DNA from: Bacteroidia bacterium
Lineage (GTDB): Bacteria; Bacteroidota; Bacteroidia; NS11-12g; UBA9320
Reading direction: 5' to 3'
NCBI GenBank assembly: GCA_965216465.1
Contig: CBDCFW010000006.1
Location: 32,001-96,000, forward strand
DNA: 64,000 bases
Each line of letters starts with the position of its first letter. Position 1 is the first letter of the stretch. Positions 1 to 9,576 of the stretch are shown one piece after another. Below the pieces are notes generated by a model, which had not been told where the DNA came from, made no database searches, and saw only the letters and a program-made list of their open reading frames with translations. A program made the position numbers and the translations under genes.

Positions 1-979
1 GTTTTACGGTGTAGATGTGCCAAGTCATATTGGATACAAAATCCCAGAGATGTTTGATGCAGCACTAGAAGGAAAGCTTAAAGCCATTTGGATTATTGGT
101 GAAGATGTTGTTCAAACTGACCCTAATACCCAAAAGGTAATTAAAGCACTGAATAGCACAGACCTAGTTGTTGTACAAGAGTTATTTATGACCGAAACTG
201 CTAAACAAGCAGATGTGATACTTCCTGGTGCATCATTCTTAGAAAAGAGCGGGACATTTACCAATGGAGAACGTCGTGTTCAGGCGGTAAGACAGGTGGT
301 TGAACCAATTGAAGGAACTAAAGTTGATGGCCAGATCATAGTTGATATGATGAATCGAATGGGATATGACCAGCCCGATTATGACGCAGCTAATATGCTC
401 GATGAGATTAATCAAATTGTACCATTCTTTGCGGGAATCACTTGGGATAGATTGGGTGAAAACGGACTACAATGGCCTGTTGCCAAAGATGGTACCGATA
501 CCCAAATTCTTCATAAGCAAGAATTTAAATTGGGTAAAGGTCAGTTTATCTTCAACAATTGGAGAGAGACGGAAGAGCTTGTAGAACATGCAAAGGACTA
601 TCCATACATCTTGACTACAAATAGAGAGCTAGAGCATTACAATTGTGGTGCAATGACACGTAGAACAGGAAACGAGCTAATTCTTCAAGATGATTACCTT
701 ATGGTTAACCCAGAAGATGCTGAAAAACATTTAATCAACGAAGGTGATTATGTTTGTGTTGAATCTCCACGAGGCAAAGTAGATGTTAAAGCTCGAATAA
801 CCGATGAAGTGAAACCAGGTATTTTGAGTACGACTTTCCACTTCCCTGACATTATGATTAACAACATTACGGGTGATGTACACGACAGTGAAGCCAAATG
901 CCCTGAATACAAGGTTGTTGCCGTAAGAATCAGAAAGAGCAAAGGGAAGTTTAAACAGCTTGCAGAACAAAAATCTTAA
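1..979 (+). CDS. fdhF: Formate dehydrogenase alpha subunit / molybdopterin oxidoreductase, C-terminal part (5'-truncated by window edge)
   Basis: Frame is open from base 2 (FYGVDVPSH...). Motifs VVQELFMTETA..ADVILPGASFLEKSGTFTNGERRVQ, LTTNRELEHYNCGAMTRR and the terminal CPEYKVVAV are typical of FDH alpha. mobA lies downstream. Confidence 0.85.
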   Translation, partial: FYGVDVPSHIGYKIPEMFDAALEGKLKAIWIIGEDVVQTDPNTQKVIKALNSTDLVVVQELFMTETAKQADVILPGASFLEKSGTFTNGERRVQAVRQVVEPIEGTKVDGQIIVDMMNRMGYDQPDYDAANMLDEINQIVPFFAGITWDRLGENGLQWPVAKDGTDTQILHKQEFKLGKGQFIFNNWRETEELVEHAKDYPYILTTNRELEHYNCGAMTRRTGNELILQDDYLMVNPEDAEKHLINEGDYVCVESPRGKVDVKARITDEVKPGILSTTFHFPDIMINNITGDVHDSEAKCPEYKVVAVRIRKSKGKFKQLAEQKS

Positions 980-984
980 TCCAT

Positions 985-1176
985 ATGAGACGAAAAAAGA
1001 ACAAGATCAAAAACAGAAAAGTTAGAAATCGAAACAACTACATTCTAGGTATTTTTTTAGGACTTGTTTTTGGAGTGCTGATTGGCATTGCAGTTGAAAA
1101 TACTATAGCAGGTATTGCTATTGGTGTACTTTTAGGGGCAGGATTTGGTTATGCCATCAATTCTACAATATCCTGA
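985..1176 (+). CDS. Small membrane protein with basic N-terminus and GxxxG glycine-zipper helices
   Basis: 63 aa ORF fills the gap between fdh and mobA; K/R-rich start, then two Gly-rich hydrophobic segments. Confidence 0.6.
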   Translation: MRRKKNKIKNRKVRNRNNYILGIFLGLVFGVLIGIAVENTIAGIAIGVLLGAGFGYAINSTIS

Positions 1177-1733
1177 GTGACCTAAACGGAATAGTTTTAA
1201 TGGGTGGAGAAAGCACCCGAATGGGACGTGATAAGTCTCAGCTCAAGTATGAAGGTACAACGCTCGCTCAAAGGGCCTATGACCTCTTGCTTCCTCATTG
1301 CAATCAAGTGTATTATTCTATCAGCGAGGCTCAGCTAGAAAAATTAGATTTTAACAGTTGGTCTCTCGATTTGTTTGAAAATCAAGGTCCTTTAGGTGGT
1401 ATAATTTCTTCTCTTAGTCATCTCGAAGAGTCTATTTTAACTGTTGCCGTCGATATGCCGAAATTGACTTCAACACAAATTTCACGATTGATAGGCAACC
1501 GCGATGAGCAAAAGCTTGCTACAGTCTTTTTCAATGAAAAAAATCAAATGTTTGAAGGCACTGTTGGCATTTGGGAATATCACGGTTTAGATGAACTTTA
1601 CTCCTACTTCGACTCGGGCAAAAGGTCACTCCAGAAGTTCTTGTTTAACCACGATATAAAGCGAGTAATGGTAGAAGATTATGAATGCTTTAGAAACATT
1701 AACACCAACGATGACTACAAAAATCTAATTTAG
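1173..1733 (+). CDS. mobA: Molybdenum cofactor guanylyltransferase (probable CTG start at 1173; first ATG at 1200)
   Basis: GIVLMGGESTRMGRDK N-terminal motif, QGPLGGI, VAVDMP and NINT; adjacent to a molybdoenzyme gene. Confidence 0.85.
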   Translation: MSDLNGIVLMGGESTRMGRDKSQLKYEGTTLAQRAYDLLLPHCNQVYYSISEAQLEKLDFNSWSLDLFENQGPLGGIISSLSHLEESILTVAVDMPKLTSTQISRLIGNRDEQKLATVFFNEKNQMFEGTVGIWEYHGLDELYSYFDSGKRSLQKFLFNHDIKRVMVEDYECFRNINTNDDYKNLI

Positions 1734-2752
1734 TCGTTGTCATCTATTCGTAAGTGTATTCCGTAAAGAATTGAATCACCCATAAAGTTTCTGAAACGTG
1801 TGTAGCCCTTCTCTTTTTTGTTTTCTTTCCACGCTAGTTCAATTATGTTTTTGAGGTAAGGTAGAAGGGTCAATGTTTCATCAACTTCTTTTTGAACTCT
1901 CGACTGTTTAGTCTCTAAGAATTTTTTAAGCCATCTTGTAATTATAGGGCCAAGCACATAATACCACACTAAAAGAATACCAACACTTCGCAGAATAACA
2001 TAAAGACCATTCTTCCAAAGCGAGTCTCCTTCTTGAGTAAAGAATACATAAGTAAGAATTATTAATAATACTCCTCCCCAGAACAGCCACATTTTCCAAC
2101 GCCCTTTGCTCTTTTTATTCACCTTAAACTCAAGGTCAAATTCAATAGCTTTAATTTGGTAATGGATATTCCCTTTGTTGTATTCCAAGTACCTCATCAT
2201 ATCATAAATAAAGAAGCCGACTGCAATTCCAATAAGAGCATATGCCCAGAGGTAGAGCGTTACGAGTACTTGGGTAGAAACAACACCTGACATAAAGCTC
2301 AGTAAGCCTGAGATGTAGTCTCCAAAGCTGTTTATTGCCTTCCACAGTGAATTTCCATAAATCAACCAAAGCACCAATAGTTTTTGAACTGCCGATTCGA
2401 CCATGGTTACCACACCAAGAAGCATAGCACTCCACATATTCAAACTTAATTTGCTGTAAATTGCTCCTGCCATTACAGCCTGAAAAGTCACAGCTAAGTA
2501 GGCATCAGGTGGTGAGTGAGGACTAACAGCTAATTTGATAATTAGAACGACCAGAAGTGATTGAAATATGGTGTTCCATTTATTTTCTTTTTCAGCAAAA
2601 TAGGCAATTAAGCTAATTAATACAATGGCAAACCCTCCTACAAACAAGCCCGTGAACGGAAATTGAAAGGCATGCATTACCCCTCCAAGTCCTGCTTCGA
2701 CCAATGCCCAAAGTGCTGTTAGTCGGGTTATTATAGTAGAGTTATGTCGCAT
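1730..2752 (-). CDS. Multi-pass integral membrane protein of unknown function
   Basis: Several hydrophobic helices. Start placed at ATG 2752 because the longer ORF call runs through the isc terminator. Confidence 0.7.
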   Translation of the reverse strand: MRHNSTIITRLTALWALVEAGLGGVMHAFQFPFTGLFVGGFAIVLISLIAYFAEKENKWNTIFQSLLVVLIIKLAVSPHSPPDAYLAVTFQAVMAGAIYSKLSLNMWSAMLLGVVTMVESAVQKLLVLWLIYGNSLWKAINSFGDYISGLLSFMSGVVSTQVLVTLYLWAYALIGIAVGFFIYDMMRYLEYNKGNIHYQIKAIEFDLEFKVNKKSKGRWKMWLFWGGVLLIILTYVFFTQEGDSLWKNGLYVILRSVGILLVWYYVLGPIITRWLKKFLETKQSRVQKEVDETLTLLPYLKNIIELAWKENKKEKGYTRFRNFMGDSILYGIHLRIDDND

Positions 2753-2768
2753 CGTTGGGGGTAAAGAT

Positions 2769-2798
2769 AAAAAAAGGAGCCCGTATTGAGCTCCTTTT
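2769..2798 (-). terminator. Intrinsic terminator of the iscSUA operon
   Basis: AAAAGGAGC-ccgtattga-GCTCCTTTT stem-loop with an A-run on + (U-tract on -) just after the iscA stop. Confidence 0.75.
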
Positions 2799-2825
2799 AA
2801 AAAATTCATTTTAGTAACAATTTAT

Positions 2826-3152
2826 CTATACGGCAAAGCTTTCTCCACATCCGCAAGTTCTGCTCGCATTTGGATTGTTAAATTGAAAACCTTTTCCATT
2901 CAATCCATCCGTGAAATCTAACTCTGTTCCGCATAGGTATAAGAAGCTCTTCATATCGCAAACAATCTTTTTACCATTGCTTTCAAATATTTGATCTCCT
3001 TCTTGACTTTCGTTATCGAAGTCCATTTTATAACTTAATCCAGAACATCCTCCTCCTACTACAGACACTCGAATGAAGTAGTCTTCACCCAGATTTTCTG
3101 AACTCATTAGGCTATTAACCTGTGTTGCCGCTCTTTCTGAAACTGTAATCAT
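2826..3152 (-). CDS. iscA: A-type Fe-S carrier protein (HesB/IscA)
   Basis: GGGCSGLSY and FNNPNASRTCGCGESF motifs. Confidence 0.95.
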   Translation of the reverse strand: MITVSERAATQVNSLMSSENLGEDYFIRVSVVGGGCSGLSYKMDFDNESQEGDQIFESNGKKIVCDMKSFLYLCGTELDFTDGLNGKGFQFNNPNASRTCGCGESFAV

Positions 3153-3154
3153 AA

Positions 3155-3571
3155 TTAATAATGCTTTTTATCGTCCTCGATGGGCTCTAATCCTTGTTTA
3201 ACACGGTAATCGTTAATTGCTGTTTTGATCGCATCTTCTGCTAATACTGAACAGTGAATTTTTACCGGTGGTAAAGCCAATTCTTCTACAATTGCCATGT
3301 TATCGATTTCCATTGCTTGGTCTACTGATTTTCCTTTTAACCACTCAGTAGCCAAAGAAGAAGATGCAATAGCAGAACCACATCCAAATGTTTTAAACTT
3401 GGCGTCTTTGATAATACCTGTAGCGTCGTCTACTTCAATTTGTAAACGCATTACATCGCCACACTCTGGAGCACCTACAAGCCCAGTACCCACATTTTTT
3501 GATGCTTTATCCAAAGTTCCAATGTTTCTTGGATTTTGGTAGTGATCAATAACTTTTTCTGAATATGCCAT
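3155..3571 (-). CDS. iscU: Fe-S cluster scaffold
   Basis: MAYSEKVIDHY.NPRN, GAPECGDVM, FGCGSAIAS and LPPVKIHCS motifs. Confidence 0.97.
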   Translation of the reverse strand: MAYSEKVIDHYQNPRNIGTLDKASKNVGTGLVGAPECGDVMRLQIEVDDATGIIKDAKFKTFGCGSAIASSSLATEWLKGKSVDQAMEIDNMAIVEELALPPVKIHCSVLAEDAIKTAINDYRVKQGLEPIEDDKKHY

Positions 3572-3589
3572 ATTGTTTTTTTCTATTTA

Positions 3590-4804
3590 TTAATGTTCAA
3601 CCCACTCAACTGTTTTAAGATCAATTCCTTCTTTAAACATTTCCCATAGTGGGCTCATTTCTCTCAATTTATGAACTGCTTCTTTTACGTGACTAATTGC
3701 AAAATCTACTTCTTCATCCGTTGTAAATCTTCCCAATCCAAAGCGTAATGAAGAGTGAGCAAGTTCATCATCTAAACCTAATGATTTTAGTACGTAGCTT
3801 GGTTCTAAGCTAGCACTTGTGCACGCACTACCTGATGATACTGCGATATCTTTCGTACCCATCATTAAGCCTTCACCCTCAACAAATTTGAATGAAATAT
3901 TAGCTACATGAGGCAGTCTTTGTTCAACACTACCATTAACATAAGCTTCTTCGATGGTCAGTAATTCTTTCTCTAAGCGATCACGCATTGCACTTAATCT
4001 TTGAGCTTCCTCATCCATCTCGTTCATGCAAATTTCACAAGCTTTACCAAATCCAACAATTCCCGGTACGTTAAGTGTTCCACTTCTCATTCCTCTTTCA
4101 TGTCCACCACCATCCATTTGGCTGGTAACTTTAACACGTGGATTTTTTCTACGTACGTATAATGCTCCGACACCTTTAGGCCCGTACATTTTATGAGCAG
4201 AAAAACTCATTAAGTCGATACCATCGGCCATCACATCTACAGGAACTTTACCAACTGCTTGAGTAGCGTCGGTATGGAATAAAACTCCGTGCTTTTTAGC
4301 AATTGCTGAAATCGCCTTAACATCTTGAATAACCCCAATCTCGTTATTGCCATACATGATTGAAATCAAGATTGTTTTATCGGTAATAGCCTGTTCTAGC
4401 TCGTTTAAGTCGATTAATCCATTTTCTGCTGGAGAAAGGTAAGTAACCTCACCACCCATTTTCTCAACTTTCTTACAAGCATCTAAAACCGCTTTGTGCT
4501 CGGTTGATACGGTGATGATATGATTCCCTTTTGACCCATACATCTCATACACTCCTTTGATAGCTAAATTGTCTGATTCAGTTGCACCAGAAGTTAAGAT
4601 AATCTCTTTACTTGTGGCACCAATCAGACGTGCAATTTGCTCTCTGGCATAATCTACCGCTTCTTCTGCAGCCCAACCAAAGCCATGGTTTCTACTTGCT
4701 GCATTTCCAAACTTCTCTGTAAAGTATGGAATCATAGTCTCTAGAACACGCGGATCCATTGGCGTCGTCGCGTTGTTGTCTAGATATATGGGGAACTTCA
4801 ACAT
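3590..4804 (-). CDS. iscS: Cysteine desulfurase
   Basis: [12 protein letters not shown] motif [18 protein letters not shown] and SPLWEM. Confidence 0.97.
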   Translation of the reverse strand: MLKFPIYLDNNATTPMDPRVLETMIPYFTEKFGNAASRNHGFGWAAEEAVDYAREQIARLIGATSKEIILTSGATESDNLAIKGVYEMYGSKGNHIITVSTEHKAVLDACKKVEKMGGEVTYLSPAENGLIDLNELEQAITDKTILISIMYGNNEIGVIQDVKAISAIAKKHGVLFHTDATQAVGKVPVDVMADGIDLMSFSAHKMYGPKGVGALYVRRKNPRVKVTSQMDGGGHERGMRSGTLNVPGIVGFGKACEICMNEMDEEAQRLSAMRDRLEKELLTIEEAYVNGSVEQRLPHVANISFKFVEGEGLMMGTKDIAVSSGSACTSASLEPSYVLKSLGLDDELAHSSLRFGLGRFTTDEEVDFAISHVKEAVHKLREMSPLWEMFKEGIDLKTVEWVEH

Positions 4805-4834
4805 TCTTATTTTTATTTAGATTAATTCTAACTG

Positions 4835-4842
4835 CAAATATA
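4835..4842 (-). promoter_or_regulatory. Bacteroidota sigma-A -7 box (TATATTTG) for iscSUA
   Basis: Matches TAnnTTTG, 30 nt upstream of the iscS ATG. Confidence 0.55.
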
Positions 4843-5002
4843 ACATCTGTAATAGAAAATTGTTGGTAAGGCTATATTGATATTTTTGATATGCATATTA
4901 GAATTGAATTTTGCACCTTAGTTTACAAGATATTAGGCACTTCTGAAGGCACCTAAATAACTTATATCCAATAACTAATCTCTTTTGCTTAAACTTGTAC
5001 CA

Positions 5003-5413
5003 ATGCAGAAAATTGAGCACATCGGCATTGCCGTCAAAAACATCGAAGAATCGAATGAACTTTTTGCCAAATTGCTTAAAACAGCACACTACAAAATGGA
5101 AGAAGTTGAAAGCGAAGGTGTGATTACTTCTTTTTTCAAGGTTGGTGATGTTAAAATTGAACTCTTACAAGCTACTAACGAAGAAAGTGCCATTCATAAA
5201 TTTGTTGAAAAGAAGGGTGAAGGTGTTCATCATATTGCATTTGCAGTTGAAGACGTGAACGAAGAATTAACACGATTAAAGAACGAAGGATTTGATGCAA
5301 TTCATCAACAAGCAAAAGACGGTGCAGATGGGAAAGTAATAGCATTTCTTCATCCCAAAAGCACCAATAAAGTTTTAACCGAAATATGTGCAGATAAACA
5401 TGTGGAACAATAG
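5003..5413 (+). CDS. mce: Methylmalonyl-CoA epimerase (VOC fold)
   Basis: IEHIGIAV, KIELL, GEGVHHIAF and FLHPKST motifs; ATG at 5003. Confidence 0.92.
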   Translation: MQKIEHIGIAVKNIEESNELFAKLLKTAHYKMEEVESEGVITSFFKVGDVKIELLQATNEESAIHKFVEKKGEGVHHIAFAVEDVNEELTRLKNEGFDAIHQQAKDGADGKVIAFLHPKSTNKVLTEICADKHVEQ

Positions 5414-6494
5414 AAATGTAAGACTCATTCTCGGAATTATTGGTGTAATCATTCTTGGTTACATAGTCTGGAATGTTCGTTCAATTATTATTTACTTTTT
5501 TGCCGCGGCAATTATTGCTTTTGTGGCAAGACCATTAATGGCTCTTCTCGGTAGGGTTAAAATTAAAGATTGGGTTCTTCCCAGCTGGGCTAAAGCTGCT
5601 CTGGTGTTGGTCACATTTGTTTTAATCATTTACGGTATGTTTATGATGATAACGCCAACGGTAGTTCGGCAAGCTGACATCATATCAAATATTGATACTG
5701 AAACCGTAATTCAAAACCTACAACCTCAAATAACCGCTGTTACAGAATGGATGGAGAAGATGAATATCAATGAAGTTGAACTCGAAGAAAATCTGGAGGC
5801 TGAACTTTCAAACATCTTTAGCGTGGGCGATATTGGCAGTTATATTTCAGGCTTTTTAGGTGGAATAACCGATTCGCTAATAGCCCTTTTCTCAATCTTT
5901 TTTATCAGCTTTTTCTTGTTGAAGGATGGCCAAATTGTAGACAACGTGATTACGAGTTTAACTCCGAACAAGTACTTAGATAAGATTAAAATCATTTTTA
6001 ATGACACCAAGAATCTTTTGTCGAGATACTTTATCGGAATCATTATTCAAATAACCATTGTAATGTTGGTCATTACACTTGGACTTACTTTCTTAGGCGT
6101 TAAAAATGCCTTGTTCATTGGATTAATTGCAGGAATATTTAATATCATTCCCTATGTAGGTCCGTTAATTGGAGGTCTTGTTGGTGTTAGTTTGGCAATA
6201 ACTTCTCAACTAGAAATGCATCCAGACCTTAATATCATGTCATTTGGTTTGCTTGCAATTTTACCGTTTGCTGCAGCTCAATTACTCGACAACTTTGTGC
6301 TACAACCCCTGATCTTCTCGACAAGTGTTAAAGCCCATCCTCTGGAAATCTTTATTGTCATCCTTGCAGCAGGTAGTTTAGCTGGAGTAATTGGTATGAT
6401 AGTAGCCGTTCCTGTTTATTCCTTTCTGCGGATTGTTGCAAGAGAATTTTTCAACGGTTACAAGGTTGTGCAAGGTCTTACAAAGAATATTTAG
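5400..6494 (+). CDS. AI-2E family transporter
   Basis: Multi-TM protein with NIIPYVGP, DNFVLQPLI and HPL..F motifs. Confidence 0.88.
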   Translation: MWNNRNVRLILGIIGVIILGYIVWNVRSIIIYFFAAAIIAFVARPLMALLGRVKIKDWVLPSWAKAALVLVTFVLIIYGMFMMITPTVVRQADIISNIDTETVIQNLQPQITAVTEWMEKMNINEVELEENLEAELSNIFSVGDIGSYISGFLGGITDSLIALFSIFFISFFLLKDGQIVDNVITSLTPNKYLDKIKIIFNDTKNLLSRYFIGIIIQITIVMLVITLGLTFLGVKNALFIGLIAGIFNIIPYVGPLIGGLVGVSLAITSQLEMHPDLNIMSFGLLAILPFAAAQLLDNFVLQPLIFSTSVKAHPLEIFIVILAAGSLAGVIGMIVAVPVYSFLRIVAREFFNGYKVVQGLTKNI

Positions 6495-6518
6495 CTAAAA
6501 GCTTCGTTTTACTGTCGG

Positions 6519-7412
6519 ATGAAAAAAATACTTCTACTTATAATATTAGCCCAATTCTCGATAAAGGCATCGAGCCAAACCTATACGGATTTTAGTTGGA
6601 GTTATAACATCTTTATTGGAGCATCGAACATGATGGGAGACCTTGGAGGAGCAGATTTTATTGGCAACGATGGTTTCGACATGGATGTTAGATCATTCAA
6701 GCCAGCAATTGGAGGGGGAATGATGTTTAACAGAGGAGGTATCTCAATAGGAACTAATTTAATTTTTACTCGTTTGGGTGGAAATGATGAATTCACGATT
6801 CAAGAATTTCAATCAACCCGAAACCTCAGTGTAAGAACAGACCTTATAGAAGCAAATTTGATTGCTGAACTTCGACCTTTCGGTCGTTCATATACCTTAA
6901 ATCGTTTTTACATTTATGGTGGAATTGCAGGTATTTATTATCAACCTAAGGCTAAGTACGAAGGTGACTGGGTGAAGCTTCGTCCGTTGGGAACTGAAGG
7001 CCAAAACTACATCGATACGATGAGCCCATACAGCGAGTTAGACTATGTTATTCCGTTTGGTTTGGGGTATAAATTTAAACTCCAGAGAAGCACTTCTCTT
7101 GTTCTTGACCTTGGTTTTAGAAAGACATTCACAGATTATTTAGACGATGTTAGTACAAAGTACCCAGACCCTGTTCAATTAGCAGAATCAGATGGTGAAG
7201 TAGCTGTAGCACTATCAGATCGATCAATATATGGTATGACTCCTGGAACCGAACGTGGCAATCCTGATAAAAATGACAGCTATTTTATTATTAGTTTAAA
7301 ATTTGAGAAAATACTTGGAGGAAACTCAAGTGCAGGCTGTTACTACAACAAGAACCCACGTAAGAAAAGAAGAGTGAAACAATACCAAAAGAAGATGTTT
7401 CACAAATGGTAA
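6519..7412 (+). CDS. Outer-membrane beta-barrel protein (DUF6089-like)
   Basis: Signal peptide; GDLGG, LGTEGQ, RKTFTDYLDDVS and RGNPDKNDSY motifs. Confidence 0.7.
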   Translation: MKKILLLIILAQFSIKASSQTYTDFSWSYNIFIGASNMMGDLGGADFIGNDGFDMDVRSFKPAIGGGMMFNRGGISIGTNLIFTRLGGNDEFTIQEFQSTRNLSVRTDLIEANLIAELRPFGRSYTLNRFYIYGGIAGIYYQPKAKYEGDWVKLRPLGTEGQNYIDTMSPYSELDYVIPFGLGYKFKLQRSTSLVLDLGFRKTFTDYLDDVSTKYPDPVQLAESDGEVAVALSDRSIYGMTPGTERGNPDKNDSYFIISLKFEKILGGNSSAGCYYNKNPRKKRRVKQYQKKMFHKW

Positions 7413-8012
7413 CTAGCCGTTAAACTCGTTCATAGCCCCTGTTAATCCTTTAGCAATCCAAGCTTCGATTGCCTTGCATGCTCTATCTTTTTGAATAGCT
7501 ACCTCGGCCTCTTCTTCTTCTTTCCATTTGCCAAGAACAAATTCTACCTGACGACCTCTTGGGAAATCAGCACCCACACCAAATCGAAGTCGATCGTATT
7601 TATCGGTTCCCAATTGAGCTTGAATGTCTTTTAAGCCATTGTGGCCTCCAGCACTTCCTTTACCTCTTAAACGAAGCTTACCCAGGTCAATTGATAAATC
7701 ATCTGTAATAATCAACACGTTTTTCTGAGGTATTCTTTCTTTAGTCATCCAGTGTTTTACAGCTTTCCCAGACAGGTTCATGAACGTTGTTGGTTTGATG
7801 CATACAATTTGCTTGCCTCGATACTTGAACTTAGAAATAAATGCAAGCCTTCCACTTTCAAATTCTGCTTCTCTTTCTTTTGCCCAATGGTCTACCACAT
7901 CAAATCCAATGTTGTGTCGCGTGTGGTTGTATTCTGGGCCAATATTCCCTAAGCCTACAATTAAAAATTTCATGTCGTCTAATTCCTTCTTTTTAAATAG
8001 CCACTTAAACAT
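7413..8012 (-). CDS. pth: Peptidyl-tRNA hydrolase
   Basis: GLGNIG.EY..TRHNIGF, KPTTFMNLSG and GGHNGLK. Confidence 0.97.
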   Translation of the reverse strand: MFKWLFKKKELDDMKFLIVGLGNIGPEYNHTRHNIGFDVVDHWAKEREAEFESGRLAFISKFKYRGKQIVCIKPTTFMNLSGKAVKHWMTKERIPQKNVLIITDDLSIDLGKLRLRGKGSAGGHNGLKDIQAQLGTDKYDRLRFGVGADFPRGRQVEFVLGKWKEEEEAEVAIQKDRACKAIEAWIAKGLTGAMNEFNG

Positions 8013-9226
8013 TAATTCAGTTGTTTAATCTCCGTTTTCCCCGCTTTGATTGCGGGGTAGAGTGAAATGATATATCCTAAAAATGAAACCGTTACAAATG
8101 TTAAAAATACATCCTTGAAGAGCAATTGAACAGGATAGGCTTCAACTATGCTATTCTCGATTTGAAGCCAGCCAAACTGCTGCTGGCCCAATACGACTAG
8201 AATGGCCAAAACCAATCCAATTCCTCCACCTATGAGGGCAATATAGCTGCCTTGCCAAACAAATACTTTTCTGATTACAGCCTCTTCTGCACCCATGCTT
8301 TTAAGCACGCCGATATCTTTTTTCTTATCCAAGACAAGCATAATCAATGATCCAAAAATGTTGAATGAAGAAATTACCAGTACCAGCGATAAAATGGCAT
8401 AGGTAAACCACTTTTCGCTTCTGAATATCTTATAAATCAACTCATTCAATTCTTCTTGAGTTTCTACCTTCCAGCCATCGCCAAGAGCATTGATCAATTT
8501 TTCTTTTACTTCAGTTCCGTTTGCCCCCGATTTCAATTTCAGCTCAATAGAGCTAATAGAGTTAGGGTAGGACAATAAGTCTTGGGCAAAATCTAATGAA
8601 GTTACAAAGATTTCATTGTCAATTTCTTCATGCACTTGAAAAACAGCACTCGACCTTAAATATTTCGTGCTCAGTGCCGCCTGCGGATTAAGTGCGTTGT
8701 ATTCTACATTTCTTTTTGGCACAAAGACACTAACCAATTGTTGAGACCCGGGAAAAAGATTGAGCTTAGATGCTAAACCTACTCCAAAAACACCAAGTGC
8801 ACTGTTTGAATCTCCAAGTTGAAAAGACCCTAAAACGACCAGAGAATCAAATTTATCGACATTGAAATTTTCATCGACTCCTTTAATTCTGGCAATCTCT
8901 TGTCGATCATTATATTTGATTACCACCTTCTCTTCTAAACAGCCTGAATACGAGTCTACTTCTTCAATTGCTGTAATACTGTTTTCAATGTCGGGAGTTA
9001 ATTCAAAGGTTTTTTTTCCTTGAGCTGTTATCTTAATTTCTGGATCGTAATTATTAATGAGTTCGGCAACTAAAGTTTCAAAACCATTGAATGCGGACAA
9101 TACCACAATCATGGCGAATGCACCAACTCCAAAACCAAGCATGGCTACGCCAGTAATTATGTTTATCGCATTAATCTTCTTCTTTGAAAAGAGATAACGA
9201 TATGCAATGAATAAAGGAAGCCTCAC
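8012..9226 (-). CDS. LolC/E-type (FtsX-like) lipoprotein-release ABC permease
   Basis: IAYRYLFSKK start, VLSAFNGF and KKKDIGVLKSMGA; 4-TM MacB/LolE topology. Confidence 0.85.
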   Translation of the reverse strand: MRLPLFIAYRYLFSKKKINAINIITGVAMLGFGVGAFAMIVVLSAFNGFETLVAELINNYDPEIKITAQGKKTFELTPDIENSITAIEEVDSYSGCLEEKVVIKYNDRQEIARIKGVDENFNVDKFDSLVVLGSFQLGDSNSALGVFGVGLASKLNLFPGSQQLVSVFVPKRNVEYNALNPQAALSTKYLRSSAVFQVHEEIDNEIFVTSLDFAQDLLSYPNSISSIELKLKSGANGTEVKEKLINALGDGWKVETQEELNELIYKIFRSEKWFTYAILSLVLVISSFNIFGSLIMLVLDKKKDIGVLKSMGAEEAVIRKVFVWQGSYIALIGGGIGLVLAILVVLGQQQFGWLQIENSIVEAYPVQLLFKDVFLTFVTVSFLGYIISLYPAIKAGKTEIKQLN

Positions 9227-9231
9227 GCTTT

Positions 9232-9573
9232 TTAGTTAAGATCGTTAAGAATCTTATCGATGCGTTCAGCGTGGTCCATAGTCGTATCAAGATAGAAATG
9301 CAACTCAGGAATCTTTCTAATTCGCTTACCGATTTGTTGGGCAAGTAGCTGTCGGATTTCTTTTTGGTGCATAGTTAAGGTATCAACACTCTTTTGGCGA
9401 TCAGTAGAGTTTAGAACACCAACATAAATTTTGGCAAGACCTAAATCTGCTGTAGCCACAACATCAACAATCGTAATCAATTGATTTGGTAGAATCTTGT
9501 TGCTATAACGAGAAAGAATAGGGGCTAAATCACGTTGTATTGCACGTGCTATCTTTTCTTGCCTGATTCCCAT
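9232..9573 (-). CDS. rbfA: Ribosome-binding factor A
   Basis: RQEKIARAIQRDL, DLGLAKIY and RKIPELHFYLD. Confidence 0.93.
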   Translation of the reverse strand: MGIRQEKIARAIQRDLAPILSRYSNKILPNQLITIVDVVATADLGLAKIYVGVLNSTDRQKSVDTLTMHQKEIRQLLAQQIGKRIRKIPELHFYLDTTMDHAERIDKILNDLN

Positions 9574-9576
9574 CGA

